Below are positions 24,801 to 41,226 of a DNA stretch of 64,000 nucleotides, piece by piece. This stretch comes from Eledone cirrhosa (lineage: Eukaryota). The stretch lies in NCBI GenBank assembly GCA_964016885.1, contig OZ024764.1:22134001-22198000 (forward strand), in the 5' to 3' direction. The first letter of the stretch is position 1. Every line of letters begins with the position of its first letter. The position numbers were made by a program, and so were the translations under genes. A model generated the notes under the pieces. The model worked only from the letters and a program-made list of their open reading frames with translations. It was not told where the DNA came from and made no database searches.

Positions 24801-25435
24801 GAGGGATCAGATGTTGTTTACTCGAGAGAAGGCTACGTTGGTATGGACACGTGATGCGCATGAAAGTCGATAGCTGTATAACAAAGTGCAGGGCAATAAA
24901 GATAGACGGTAGCCACGGAATAGGCAGACCTAGAAAATCCTGGGACAAGCTGATAAACTCCGACCTCACACACTTACACCTCTCCAAGACAATGTCACTG
25001 GACCGAGACCTTTGGCGGTACTCAGTAATAAAGAAGACCCGCCTTGCCTAAATACATAGTAAAACCTACTACAGCGAGTAGGCATCTCTAACAAAATACA
25101 CACCCGTCCCCCCCACCCCATCCACACCACCCCCTCCTATGTAAAGTTATGTTGGTGCCACACCATCCAGGCCGAAACAAATGAGATCGTGTAGGTGTCA
25201 CGACAAAAAAACACACAGTCCACGCTGTAATGTGGCCGTGTAGGTAACACAGTAAAAACCTCCCAGTTCCATACTGTAAATGTGGTTGGTGTTAGGAAGG
25301 GCATCCAACTGTAGAAAACCCGCCAGACAGTCCTATGCGAGCAAGACAATCACTCTTGCCTCAAGTGGGTATACCCCCGTCCAAACCCATGCAAGCGTGG
25401 AACACGGACGTTAAACGTTGATGATGATGATGATA
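21824..25435 (+). mobile_element. Near full-length RTE-clade LINE (APE + RT + PHD-like finger), disrupted
   Basis: QETRW, GDLNGHVG, AFVDLEKAFDRVP, GVHQGSVLSP, LYADD, LRWYGHV; several stops and frameshifts; (GAT)n tail at about 25420. Confidence 0.95.
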
Positions 25436-25578
25436 ATGGGAGTGTCTCTCACAGACGCACACACACAAGTCTCTTGTTATAATTTTAAAATTTTTCGTTC
25501 AACAACACCACCAGCTTTCTTACTCTATCTCTCTCTCTCTCTCTCCCTGTCTCTCTCTCTCTCTTTATGAAGGTACCT

Positions 25579-26090
25579 GAAAAACCCCATATCTCGGGAA
25601 CCTGTGCTCTGATTTACATGAAACTTATTTTATCCCATCTGTATTCCCATTTCAGTGTCAACTTCCTTTCAAACTATTTCCCCATTATGCCCCGTTTTGG
25701 CTGTATTACATTACAGACAAGACACAATCACAGAATTTTAGGTTTATAATGTATCATCATAGAGTAATACAGTTATTACAAGTTTCTGAGTATCTTATAA
25801 TGTTCTTTTATTATTTGAGAATACCAGAGTACATGAAAAACCCCATATCTCGGGAACCTGTGCTCTGATTTACATGAAACTTATTTTATCCCATCTGTAT
25901 TCCCATTTCAGTGTCAACTTCCTTTCAAACTATTTCCCCATTATGCCCCGTTTTGGCTGTATTACATTACAGACAAGACACAATCACAGAATTTTAGGTT
26001 TATAATGTATCATCATAGAGTAATACAGTTATTACAAGTTTCTGAGTATCTTATAATGTTCTTTTATTATTTCAGAATACCAGAGGACAT
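25579..26090. repeat. 256-bp tandem duplication that includes the ZNF2 splice acceptor
   Basis: GAAAAACCCCATATCTC at 25579 and 25835. Confidence 0.9.
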
Positions 26091-26281
26091 TGGCATTAAA
26101 GAGCACGTTACATCAGACATATCCTCAACATTAACCATTTCTAATGAAAGACACTAACCATCATTTTCAAATAATTTTGAAAACACTCAACACTTTGAAG
26201 TGATTTAGTAATATAACTAAATTTCTCAGTATTAAGCTGTGAATTATGTGAGAAACTGATTGATATCTTTTAGTAGGAGAT

Positions 26282-27564
<1,283 letters not shown>

Positions 27565-30500
27565 CTGTGTCAATATCAACTCATTACATCATACTACTAC
27601 AACAAATGTGTAGATCCATCATCCTTGCTAAAACTGGGGATAACCTTGTAGGTTTTACCTAGGACAGGGATCATAAACACCAGGTTTCCATTTTTGAAGT
27701 AGTGTTTGAAGATTTTGTGTAAATTAAAGTTTTTCACATTAAACTTTCATTTATTATACTTTAACAGGTAAGATATATATTTGTATTTTTAGTAAAAGTT
27801 GGGAACTTCTGTAATTTGAACCTTCCAATAAAATGAAAACTTTTGTTGTTGTTAGTCAGACATTGTCTCAAATATCACAGATTAAACAGATTTTAACAAT
27901 AACAACAGAAATCAATAACTTGTAAGCCTAATATCTAGCTTCCATTTTAACTATTTGATATTGTTGTTCCCCTCCTGTCTCTTCAGGTCTTTTAGATTTC
28001 AACTTCTATCTACTGTACTATTCCATCACCAAGGCAACATTCATCTGGCTGGCAGCTTACATCAACTACAGATCTCCAACCCTTCTTTCTCCAGATAGTC
28101 TTGTATCTGTCAGTCCCTCTATATCTTATATTTAACAGGGAGATCTTTTACTCTCCAACCCTTCTATCTCCTGATAGTCTTGTATCTGTCAGTCCCTCTA
28201 GATCTTACACCTAGTATCTAGTCTATGTTGAGTGGTACGTCGTTCTCCAGTAAAGGAGTTAATATTCCCAACCATCTGTCTATCCTGTTTTCTGATGAGA
28301 ATGAAGTCAATCTAGTTTATCTCTTCACCTGATTGAAGTAACTAGATCAAGTAACTAGATGGTTTCCTGTAAGTTAGTGTTGCAGTGTTTGTGTCACCAT
28401 GTAAGGTTTATATCTATTAATATAGAGATGTAGTAAAGTTTTCACTGTTGTATCTCTATTTTCTAAATATCTTAATAATGTTTCTCTACTATTTCAGAAT
28501 ATCACATGACCTTGACAGAAAAGAGTCTTTTAAAGACAACAGAAAGATGTTACATTCAAGTGATATAAACTTGTTTAGTCTGTGGTGAATTATGGTGAAA
28601 TATTTCTTCTGAATTGAGATAAATAACAACATATTCCTTTTTCACTGTCTGGAATATTTACAAGATGATTTTACATTCTGATTAAACTTTGGATATTTAC
28701 AAAGGAGTTTTCAAAATATTTGGATATTGACAAAGATCACGTTTGATAAAATTATGAACAATAGAAATATTTACATCAACATAGGAATATTTTCCAGAAG
28801 AGATGGGAAAATCATTATACCACTGTAATATTTGTGGTAAAGTATTCTCTCTTCTTTATATGTAGAACATCTAACTAAACACTTTAACTAACAAACTATT
28901 GTGTTATAGAATTGACAAACTTGAGGAATGTTTAACAAATGTTACAGATTTCTCCAAACTGTCATTTACTAACTTTAATTTGAAGCTATATTATCTATAT
29001 ACTACTAAAACTCTGTGATTGTGTCTTGTCCGTAATTTAATACAGCTAAAACAGTGCATAATGGTGAAATACTTTGAAAAGAATAAAACAAGTTTTGTAT
29101 AAAATGGAGCTCAGGTTCCCAAGACACGGGGTTTTCTGGGTACCTTCATAAATATGGGAGAGAAAGAGATAGTGGTTGTGAGAGTGAGGAGACCGATGGA
29201 AGAGAGAGAGAGAGAGCTGCTGGTGTTGTTTAATAAAATGTGTGCGTATATATATATACATATGTGTCTATATATATATATATGTCTGTATATTTTAACT
29301 ATTTGAAAATTATTTTTAATTGAACATGATTTTAAAATAATAGTTTTAAGGGAACGTGACCCAACAGATCGCGGGTGGTCTAGTTTGTTACTAAATACTA
29401 GATATTAGAGGGTCATGTTGTTCTAGATGTGCTGGAAGAGCCATTCCATCTCGTGAGGCTCACACCAGCAGCTAGCCACCTCAGCACCTATGGTGGTATA
29501 TTTATTATATTATTTATTCTTTATCATTAACATTAATATAAAAGATAATTATATATTTTTAGAGAAGAACCTCTAACTTCATATAGCTTTGGGCTTCAGT
29601 AGGTAAAAGTCTGGCCCTGCTTGTCTTGTATTTTTTAGGGGAGAAGTTAGGGAATACTGTTATTGTGTGAAAGTTTTCTAAATCTTCTTCAGCCACTAAC
29701 ATGGAGAAGATATTTCAGTAAGAAGGTTCACATCCTGACATCTATAGCTGTTAACAATGAGATTGGAATTCATTATTAAACAAATATTATATCATAATCA
29801 CTGTTTAACATCAGTTTTTCCACGCTGGCATGGGTTAGACGAGTTATCCTGTTGTAAGCAATGCCAGGTCAGGTGACCACGTGTTGCTCCTACAGAACAA
29901 ATTTTGGTTTGGTTTCTACAGCTGGATGCCCTTCCTAGCACCAACCTTAATTACATTGAGTACTGGGTGCATTTTACCATCTTACCATCACGACCTCTTT
30001 ACAGTGTAGGCTGGGTGCTTTTTGTAGTGACACCTACATGACCACTTTACAGTGTGGGCTGGTTGCTTTTTGTTGTGACACCTACATGACCACTTTATAG
30101 TGTGGACTGGGTACTTTTTGTTGTGACACCAATTCAAAGTTTTGGCTGGGTACTTTTTGTTGTCACCTACATGACCACTTTACAGTCTTGGCTGGGTGCT
30201 TTTTGCTGTGACACCTACGCAACCGCTTTATAGTGTGGGCTGGTTTCTTTTTGTCATATCACCTACATGACCTGTTTATAGTATTGGCTGTGTGTTCTTT
30301 ACAGTGTGGGCTGGTTTCTTTTTGTCATATCACCTACATGACCACCTTATAATATTGGCTGTGTGTTCTTTACAGTGTGGGCTGGTTTCTTTTTGTCATA
30401 TCACCTACATGACCACCTTATAATGTTGGCTGTGTGTTCTTTGTAGTGTGGGCTGGTTTCTTTTTGTCATATCACCTACATGACCACCTTATAATGTTGA

Positions 30501-31547
30501 CTGTGTTCTTTACAGTGTGGGCTGGTTTCTTTTTGTCATATCACCTACATGACCACCTTATAATGTTTACTGTGTGTTCTTTGCAGTGTGGGTTGGGTGC
30601 TTTTTGTCATATCACCTACATGACCAGCTTATAATGTTGACTGTGTGTTCTCTACAGTGTGGGTTGGGTGCTTTTTGTCATATCACCTACCCAACCACTT
30701 TGCAGTGTGGGCAGTGAAATATCAGTAATGCACCAGCTCCAATATTCAGTAATCAGAAGAAGGGAGGTAGGCATAAAAGCCAAACTTGCTGTCTTCAATT
30801 AGCTTTTTGTGCCAACCCTTACCTATGGTCACATATCTTGGGTAATGACCAAAAGAATATGATTGGGAATACAAGTGGCAGATATGGGATTCCTCTGCAG
30901 GGTCTTTGAAAGAACGTTTCTCAATAAAGTGCATAGCTCTGAGATCAGAGAGTCACTCCAGGTGGAGCTGTTACTTCTCCGAATTGAGAGATCACAGCTG
31001 CAATACTATAGCCATGTGGTTAGAATGTCTGAGGAAAGAATCACTGGATAGATTTTACAGGCAACACTAACCGGCAGGAGACCCAGGGGTAGACCTGAGC
31101 AAGATGGTCACATAACATCCATGAGCTTGGCTGGTCTCTCTGGGAGATCCAGCCACATAAGTTGGAGTGGGTTGCTTCTGACAGGACCTGTTGAAGGGAG
31201 TGTTTGAGGACTCTGCCCCCAAGACCCTCTCTGGAATGAGTGGGTTAATAAGAAGAGGTTGAGGTTACATCATCAACATCAGATTTCCCTGCTAGCAAGG
31301 GTTTAATGAGTCTACTTCAACCAAGTAAGTACTGAAGTGAGGCTACTGATCTCCCAGACAGACCAAGGATCTGAGACTTATTTACATAAGGTCTCATTAG
31401 CTACTGAGTGCACAGAAAAGGTTGTCATGTCTTTGTCATGATTGAAGGATTCTCCGACACTATTGTTGGGCAAGCTTTCTATGGCTAGATGTCCTTCACA
31501 TGACCAACCACATTACAGCCTGTGTTGGGTGTGTTTATCATGTAGGT

Positions 31548-33477
31548 GAGGCATAACAAACTGAGGGTTGCTCAAGGTCCACATAGGTCACGTGTTGTCT
31601 GAGGGTTGCACACTACAACTAATTATGTACATTACAACTAATTAAGGTCATTTAATAAAATATATTGCAGAAAGATTTGTTACTTAAATTTAGAAACATA
31701 CAATGTACATACAAATGTTTTAGCAGCATTCATGAATACAAAGTAATGAAGTAGTTTGACAAAAAACTAAAATTTAACATGTCAACATATACTTGCAGAT
31801 TGTAACAGCAACAAATACATTGTACACAAATAACAACAGTTGAAAACTGAACATTTATTTGCTACTATTCAACCATTTTTAGTGTTTTGTCCTGAGGCTT
31901 GACACTTCTTTTTGTTGACAATTTTTGGTATGTCTGGCTGAAATGTTTGTACAGTTCCAACTTTGATCAGATGACAAGTGTTGATCAGTCAGCCTTGTTC
32001 TCTGAGAAGTTTTTGTTAACTTCATGAAGGAAAATAACTGTCCACCCACATAGGTAGAACCAAACGTTGCCATAATCTTTGTGACAAACTTTCTGATGTT
32101 AATAAACTTTTCAGGAAGGTATGAAAAGAAACCAGGTATCCCCACTACAAGATACTTTGTTCTGAGTGTAGAATCTGACTGCATTTCCAATAGTTCCATC
32201 TGCAGGCATTCTTCTGCCTTCATCAAAGGTGAATGGTGCTGAGAATAATGTAAACTGATGTTCAAAAAATGAGAAATCACAAAATCTTTCTTGAAATTTC
32301 TTTAACAACAATTCCAGCTGACTGTCATACTTAACTCAGCTAAATACAGACTCAGTATTGGCAGTGTTTTTCAGTTCTTTGCACATAGGGAAATGAACTA
32401 AATTTTCATCTGACAACGGAGATTTCCATAAGCTTAGTTTTCTAATGATGCACTTGATGTCATCATTCAACTGATTGATGGGTTTGTTTTTACCTTGTAA
32501 TTTCAAATTAAGATCAGTTAATTGTGCAGTAATATCCACAGCAAAAATCAGGTGTTGGAGCCAACTTTCATCTTTTATTTCATCTGTGTTTTAACCTTTT
32601 ATCTCCAAAAACACAATTATTTCTTGTCTCAACAAATAGAATCTTTTCAGCACTTTGTGACATGTCAACCAGCAGACTTCTGTGTAGAATGGAACATCGG
32701 TGAACTGATTATCCATATCTTCTAATAGAAACATGTTCAAACCTTGATGATACAGCCTTTAACTGTTGTTTCAGATCACCTGACATTTCATTAATCTGTT
32801 CAGCAACAGTGTTCCTGGTTAATGAAATGTCTTTGAATAACTCTGCTTTCTCTGGACAATTTCAGCTGTTTTTACAAGACATTGCTTTACAAAATCTCCT
32901 TCACTGTAAGATTTCCCACTCATGGCAATCATTTGACTGAGTTGCAGTAACGGAAGTGACATTCTCTTCCTGAATTAACATAAAACAGGTCTATTGCTGT
33001 GTCAAGTTAGACTTCAATTCCTTGAGTCTTGAAACTCACATTGGGCCTTAATATTTATCGTAAGATCGGGGGTTTGTTTCATGATGTCTTTTTGAATTGT
33101 ACTCTTTTGGCCTGGCGATGTAGTTGTTGCAAATTAAACAGTATATCTTTCTGTTCACCATTGGGCAAAAATACTGTAATTCCCACTTTTCTTGAAACAC
33201 TTGCCCTTCTTCGTTCAATTTCCTTTTTCTCTTAGCTGGAGGAGCACTAACCATTTCAAAAACGAAATCTTTTGAAATTTTGAAAGAAAGTTTTCTGTTA
33301 ATGAGCTGCACGTGATTAATGGAAGTTAAAAGTAGTTGACAAAATTTGCAAAAAAAAAATAATTGTATCGAAAATGTTTAAAATTTTATATTACGAAAAT
33401 GAAACATGGTCGCACTGTAAAAACCTAAGTGTGGGCCGCAGGTTTGCTTGCCAAGGGCCGCATGTTTGACATGTCTG
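31548..33477 (-). mobile_element. Duplicated Buster-type hAT, with a different internal deletion
   Basis: Same TSD ATGTAGGT and TIRs; retains the FGSTYV..QLFSFMK dimerisation region. Confidence 0.9.
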
Positions 33478-35080
33478 ATGTAGGTTACCAAAACTAGGGA
33501 GGGCAGCATGTCCTTCAGTGTGTTCTGCTACATTAACTACCAGGAGGTCACCACATGAGACAAAGACTACATTTCAAAGAAGGGTTATAAAAGAACTAAA
33601 TACGAAAGTACCCACAGCAACAAGCAAATAATTGAGCTTTGGGTCTAGGTCAAGGGGCAGAAGTGCTGCGCCCTGTGGATAAGACTGCAAAAGTATTCGC
33701 CCCGGGCGATGGACAGTGACACCCACTGCAACAGCCACCCCAACCTCATGGGACTCCCTCTTCAGAAGGGCCACCAACGTTCTGATCTTACAGAGGAGCT
33801 TGGCAGTACGGGGTCCAAGTACTTCTGAGGTCTCGTTGGTGACCGGTGTGAAGAGACCTACAATTGATGTCATCCCAGTTATGTTGGACTGTAATATACT
33901 GGGGTATAGAGAGGCCTTAACTTGTCTCAGCCGGGCCACCCAGGGTTGTGTCATCTAGGTACTAGACAGGGGTAACTAGACCATGTTGTCAACTGTCAAC
34001 ACCAATAGGAGTGAGGCGAGTGGGTCCCCTTGCGAGACACCATATATAAAAACGTATTTGCTAATTACTTTAATGAATAATTTGTTTCATACGTAATTAT
34101 TACTTTTAACACAATAGGATTTTGTACACGTGTTTGTTTGAAAACATCTTTCAAAGAAGTATGAGACAGTCTTTTGTAGTGTTTATTATAATAAATTACT
34201 GTATGTTGAGCTGTTTTAACTTCTCCACCTTCCATTATTTCATATTGTTTTTGTAAAAAAACGAGATCTTTTTCATATATATATATGAAGGCGTGTGGCT
34301 GAGTGGTTAGAGAATTGGATTCGGAATTGTGAGGTTGTGAGTTCGATACCCAGACCGGGCGATGCGTTATGTCCTTGAGCAAGACATTTTATTTCACGTT
34401 GCTCTTTCTACCTGGAGTTGCGACCGATAGATAGTATTAGCAATTGGAAAGACCAATGGAAACATTGTTTCCTCGGTCCGATTTGACGAAAAGTAGATCA
34501 TAAAAAATATATATAGAGAGAGAGAGAGAAACACAAACATACACTACTGTATTACATATGTAAGGGGAGACAACTCTCGTTACATCCCCCCCCCCCTTTT
34601 TTATATACGTCCTTTAAATACTTTGTACAATGGAACCTGCTTTATTTTGTATCCTAAGTAGATTTCTGTTTAAGTATTTACGCGATTCACAATGATTCAC
34701 GTAGAGACCCCAGTTAGTGATGTTTTTATCTCCCTCCCACATCCTACATGCTGTAGTAAAAGTGAGGGTCACTGCTTCTGTAGACGAACGAAATAAAAGT
34801 TAAACTACCAGTAATTATCGGCAAAGTATTTATTCCAGTCTGTGATGTTTGAGAAGCTGGGCTGCTGACCACGAAGTTGTGGTCACTGTTGGCGGCTGGC
34901 TTTACAGAAGTACCCGATGACTCTTGTGAGGGTACTTAGCTGTTCTGGCAACTTAGCCTCCATATGACCCGATCTTACCGAGATACCCGGTGATCTCTGT
35001 AAGAGTACTTAGCTGTCCTATTTTAATTACATTTACTGATTTAAACTTTCATTTTTTATATTACAAACTTTACATAATTT

Positions 35081-35563
35081 AAGCTGAACACCGATGGCTA
35101 CATCCACGTTCTGAGCGAGGTAGTAAAGCCCTGGATCGACCAGGTAGCTGCAGGTAGGCTGTACGTGTGGCAGCAAGACCCAAGCCTTGCTGTCAGAGAA
35201 CTTCGTCGACCACACTTCACCTGACATCTGGCCTCCCAGCTTGCCTGACTGCAACCCCCTCGACTTCTTTGTGTGGGACGCAGTGGAACGAGACACCAAC
35301 AGATGTAGCTGCAATACGAAAGACGATCTGAAGGCCAGCATCACAAGTGCCTTTAGGGGCCTAAGTCGGGGGACAGTGACGAAGGCCTGTAGCTGGTTCC
35401 GAGGCCGTCATCAAAGCCAATGGCGGGTTTATGGAGTGAGATCGAAAGAACAAGTCATGAAGACAAACTGACAGAAGTTTGATAAATATATCTTAAAAAA
35501 TAAAACTACTGTCTTATTTTTTCCTAGACAGTAATCTTGCGAACAAATATCGTCCGCACCCTG
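35081..35563 (+). mobile_element. Tc1/mariner (maT/DD37D-like) 3' fragment
   Basis: WPPSLPDCNPLDFFVW motif; TIR ...CGTCCGCACCCTG followed by TA. Confidence 0.82.
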
Positions 35564-35659
35564 TATATATGTGTGTGTGTCTGTGGCCTTAATACCCTAG
35601 TCACAGACACACTCACACACACACACACACACACAAGTAATAATTTCGTTCAACAACAT

Positions 35660-36790
35660 GAGGGTGTGGGGGCATATTGTCTATATGCTTCAGCTTGTAC
35701 CCGTGGGGTGGTCGGGTCTTCTGTATTACTGCATGACGCCAGAGGTCACGGTCGTGTGTCATCGCCTTTGAGAGGTGTAATTGGGTAAGGTCGGCTTTTA
35801 TCACCTCATCCCATGTCTTCTTGGGTCTCCCCACTCCACGGCTTCCATCGACTTCTAGTGCTCTGCACCTTTTTATGCAGCTGTCATCCTTCATACGCAT
35901 CACATGTCCATACCAACGCAACCGCCTCTCCTGCACACAGCATTTGATTCCTCTTATGCTCAGTCTCTCTCAATTCGTTTATGCTTTGCCGTTCACGTAT
36001 ATTACTATTACACATCCAACAGAGCATGCAGGCTTCGTTTCTTTCTAATCTACGTAAGTCTTCCACCGTCAGCGCCCAGGTCTCACTACCATGTAACATT
36101 GCTGTTTGTATGCACGCATCATACAGTCATGAACTTTTTCCATCCCATTCTTACCCTAGTTATTGTACTTTCCGAACACCCACCTCCGCTCCTAATTCGG
36201 TCACCTGGGTAGCAAGAGCTGTCTACTGTTTCTACAGAGCCCTCTCAGAGATTGGTGGTACTTATTTCCTGTGGCTGTTTGCTGCTTGCTGTCCCAGCAC
36301 AACTGCTACATGTGAAGCATGCTACATTCTTAATTAAGCTTCCTGAGATCCCGCTACATCTCTTGTGTACCCATTGTTTGTATTTGGGGCAGAGGACGGA
36401 GTTCCTACCTACACCTTTCCCACATACTAAGCAAGGCCATTTCCCTGAGGGATCTGGGTTCGGCTTTCTCGTCTACTTACAAAGACCTTAGTCTTTGTCA
36501 GGTTGACTTTGAGACCCTTTCTTTCTAGTCCCTGCTTCCAAGTTTGGAATTTCTTCTCTAGTTCTACCATAGAGTCAGCTATAAGTGCGAGGTCATCTGC
36601 ATACAGGAGTTCCCATGGGCATCCGGTCTTAAACTCCTCCGTTATTGCCTGCAGAACTATGATGAACAGGAGAGGGCTAAGAACAGAGCCCTGGTGGACA
36701 CTGACCCGTATGCTAAATTCCTCTCTCTAGTCATTGCTAATGCTAACTCTGCTGACTGCTCCCCTATACATGGCTGGTACAGCTTTCACA
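35660..36790 (-). mobile_element. 5'-truncated RTE LINE related to 21824-25435
   Basis: LLYADD, MLHGSETWAL, RLRWYGHVMRM, GRPKKTW. Confidence 0.9.
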
Positions 36791-36941
36791 TTTCGGGGTC
36801 AACTTCCTTTCAAACTATTTTCCCATTATGCCCCGTTTTAGCTGTATTACATTAGAGACAAGACACAATCACAGAGTTTTAGGTTTATAATGTTATAGTA
36901 TCATGATAGGGTAATACAGTTATTTATAGACCTGTGGTAAA

Positions 36942-37103
36942 TGTTGGTTCAGTCCACCCTGAGGGGTGTAAGTGTTGGTTCAGTCCACTCTGGGGGGTGT
37001 TAGTGTTGGTTCAGTCCACTCTGGGGGGGTGTTAGTGTTGGTTCAGTCCACCCTGGGGGGTGTAAGTGTTGGTTCAGTCTACCCTGAGGGGTGTCAGTGT
37101 TGG
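36942..37103. repeat. 31-bp tandem repeat, about 5 copies
   Basis: AGTGTTGGTTCAGTCCAC..GGGGGTGT at 36971, 37002, 37034, 37065. Confidence 0.9.
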
Positions 37104-37119
37104 TCAATGATAACCTTTA

Positions 37120-39330
37120 TAACTAGAGGCCTGTTGGTGATGACAAGCTGGAAGTGGTGACATCTTTCTGCTACCTGTGTGACATGTCAGCTGGAAGTGT
37201 AGCCAAGTTCACTGCCATCGTGCTGTGCCACTCCACAGGTAACAAGTTTAGGCAGCTTCTCCTAATCCTCAAGACATGCTGGCTACCATTAGACACCATG
37301 GGGCAGGTTTATAACACCTGTGGGAGAAGTGTGTTGTTTCATGCCAGCGAGACCTGGGCCATGTTATCTGACTGTCTGAATTGACTCTGAAGAAATGACA
37401 GAGCTATGATCCACTGGATGTGTAGTGTGACCATTGAGGATGATGTCAGCTCAACTGAGCTCTTAAAAAAACTGCTGATCGACAACCTCAAGGATGTGTT
37501 TCACAGGAGACACATGCACTGGTATGGCCATGTTGTGCATTCTCTCTCAACTCATCTATGCTTGGTCGTTGATGCACATTGACATTGCACATCCAACGGA
37601 GCGTACTTGCATCATTTCTCTCCAGACATCGCATATCCTCCACAGTTGCTGTGCATGTCTCACTACCGTGCAGCATCACACATCTCACGCAGGCATCACC
37701 AGCCATTCGTTCTTAGAGAGAAACCCTTCTTTGTCAACAGAGGAAGCAGCTCCCTAAACTTCTTCCAACCCGTCCTTATTCTAGATACTATGGCCTCTGG
37801 GCACCCTCCTCCCATGCTAATTTAATCACCTAGATACCGGAAGCTATCAACCACTTCTATAGAACCTATCTGCATTTTAAAAAATGTGTCTATCACTGCG
37901 ACTTCTACTGTCAAATTTCCCTGTAGATCTACTGCATATGTATTTTTCCCTACCTGTTAGTTTGCCTGCTATCCCACTACATTTCTTGTGTACCCAAAAT
38001 CTGCATTGTGTACATTATAGAATTTATGCCAGTTGCTTTTCTACATATTGAACAAGGCCATTTCCCTGATGGAATGACAGTTTTGTCCTCACTAAACTCC
38101 AGTTTTGTTCCTCACTAAACTCCATGCCTACCCTCACTTTACTGACAGCCCATCTATACATAGCTTGCACTGTCCTCACAAACTATTCCTCTACACCTAG
38201 TTTCCTTAGGGACCACCAGATGAAAGGCCTTCTCTAGTTCAACAAAAACTAAGTATAGTGGTTTTCTTCTCTAAGAACCACTCTTGTAGTTGTCTCACTA
38301 AGAAGAGGGCATCTGTTTGACTCTTTCTCTAAGTTGCGCTAGTATTCTTTCTGTCACTTTCATAACCTGATCCATCAGTTTTATACCCCTATAATTACTC
38401 CCCTCCAGAACATCCCCTTTACCTTTACCTCAATTTATGAGAATACTGCTGCACCAGTCTTTGGGTATGACACCACCATATATAGCTTGATTAATGATGC
38501 ATGCAACCAGTTTAATTCCTACTTCTCTTGATGCCTTCAGCATCTCAGCAACTATCCCCAACAGTCCAGCGGACTTAACATTTTTCATTTCCTTAATTGG
38601 ACCCTATAGTCGTCAATCTCAATAGCTGGTCCTTCTGTCGGGTCTACTGAAGGTAGTTCCCCTCCTATTCATTCTCCACATTCATCAGTCTCTCATAATG
38701 ACATTTCCAGGCCTCCCTTTTTTTGAGAATCAGTGACACTAAGTGCACCAACATCCTGATTTACACTGACACACTGCCTTGCAATGTGGATCACCGTACA
38801 TCTCTGATCTCCCCATCGCAGGACATTGGCAAACCTTCTAATCTCAGCCTCCCTGCATGTTAAGTAAACCTGACATCTAGCTTCTCTCTTAGCGGCTGTG
38901 AATCGGTCTCTAGCCCTACCATTTTTCCAAGCCTTTTGTCTCTAATGGCTCTATCCACCGTGCTGTTCCACCACCAGGTCACCCTCTGTCTGGTTGGAAC
39001 TCTGCTCCAGCCACAAGTTTCTTCAGTAACCTGCAGTAAGTTGTCACGTAAGAAATTCCAGTTATCGTCCATGTCATACGACTCTAAATCGTCTTCTTTT
39101 TCGTCATACACATCTTGAAGGGCTTTCCTAAATTTATATTTTACTGAAAGGTCTTTTAGTTTCTAGACCTTCCTTTTTCACACCTTCTTGTATGTCTCTC
39201 CTTGTCTCTTGCTTACTGAGATGTCACTAACGACTAACCTATGTTGGTGGGGTACATTGTTCCCTGGGGTATGCCTTAGTATTTGACACCATCTGTCTGT
39301 CTTACTGCCTAACTAGCAAGAAGTCAATCT
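37120..39330. mobile_element. Decayed RTE fragments (+ 37120-37540; - 37540-39330)
   Basis: SVLFHASETWAM (+); LHGSETC and TCGWSRVPTRQRVTWWWN (-). Confidence 0.8.
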
Positions 39331-39929
39331 GTCTCATGTGCTCCCCTGCTATTATAACTAGGTCTCTGTCCTCTGTCATTGTGGTTATATCTACTTATTC
39401 CTTTTCTACATATGGAGCAGGGCCACTTTCCTGAAGGGGTCAGGGTCTTCTCTCCTATCCATTACCACTTTAGTTTTGGCTAAGTATATTCTCAGAACTT
39501 ACCATTTCAAATTCTATATCTATAGCTGGTCATCTACATAGAGAAGTTTCCATAGACAGCCAGTCTTAAACCTCTCTGTTATGGCTTGGAGAACTATGAT
39601 GAACAACAGTGGGCTAAGAACTAAACCATGATGAACTCCTACCTGTACCTTCAATTCCTCACTAAAAACACTTTACTGACAGCTTCTCACAAGCCATTCT
39701 TCTACACCTAATTTCCTTAACCCTTTAGTATATAAACTGGCCAAATCTGGCCAGAATTCTCCCACATCTTTCTGTTCAAACTGGCCGTAACTGGTCACTT
39801 ATACTTATGTTAAGGTATTGTTCTCCAAATAAGTAACATCAAAATCTCATAGATTTGATATTATGTGAGATAAAGCATTTACTGTGAAAATATAATAGTA
39901 AATATAGAGTAATGTGAATACTAAAGGGT

Positions 39930-40620
39930 TAATCTAATGTCACTAATAACTACTTTTATCAGTCAGTTTAATCTAATGTCACTAATAACTACTTTTATCT
40001 GTCAGTTTAATCTAACGTCACTAATAACTACTTTTATCAGTCAGTATAATCTAACGTCACTAATAACTACTTTTATCAGTCAGTATAATCTAAAGTCACT
40101 ATTAACTACTTTTATCTGTCAGTTTAATCTAATGTCACTAATAACTACTTTTATCAGTCAGTATAATCTAAAGTCACTATTAACTACTTTTATCTGTCAG
40201 TATAATCTAATGTCACTAATAACTACTTTTATCAGTCAGTATAATCTAATGTCACTAATAACTACTTTTATCAGTCAGTATAATCTAAAGTCACTAATAA
40301 CTACTTTTATCTGTCAGTATAATCTAAAGTCACTAATAACTACTTTTATCAGTCAGTATAATCTAATGTCACTAATAACTACTTTTATCAGTCAGTTTAA
40401 TCTAAAGTCACTAATAACTACTTTTATCAGTCAGTATAATCTAATGTCACTAATAACTACTTTTATCAGTCAGTATAATCTAATGTCACTAATAACTACT
40501 TTTATCAGTCAGTATAATCTAATGTCACTAATAACTACTTTTGTCAGTCAGTATAATCTAATGTCACTAATAACTACTTTTATCAGTCAGTTTAATCTAC
40601 TGCCACTAATAACTAACCTA
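39930..40620. repeat. 39-bp minisatellite, about 17-18 copies
   Basis: Same unit as 9301. Confidence 0.95.
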
Positions 40621-41226
40621 TGTTAGTCAGCACATTCTTCACCAAAGAAGGCCTTAGTATTTATTACAGTCCATTTATCAATATAGAAATATTATATGAA
40701 ATTTGTACTGATGTATTACAAGTTTCTGAGTATCTTATAATGTTCTTTTATTATTTCAGAATACCAGAGGACATTGGCATTAAAGAGCACGTAACATAAG
40801 ACATATCCTCAATATTAACCATTTCTAATGAAAGACACTACCCATCAATTTCAAATAATTTTGAAAACACTCAACACTTTGAAGGGATTTAGTAATATAA
40901 CTAAATTTCTCAGTATTAAGCTGCTATTTGGAACATAACTTTGCACAATTTCATGAAGTTACAATGGAAAGTTTTTAGATAAATATAAAGACTGGTATGA
41001 AAAGGATAAAACACTTTTATATTAGTTGTTTCACCAACACCATTATTTAAAGACTAAAGGAAGCTGTTATACAGAACAGATACAACCTTGTTTATATAAA
41101 TCTATGGGAGAAATACTGGGAAATGTTTAACATAAAGAAGAAAAATATCTATATATTGAGAGGAGAAAAATATTAAAACTGAATTATGTGAGAAACTTAG
41201 GTGATTGATATTTTTTAGTGGGAGTT

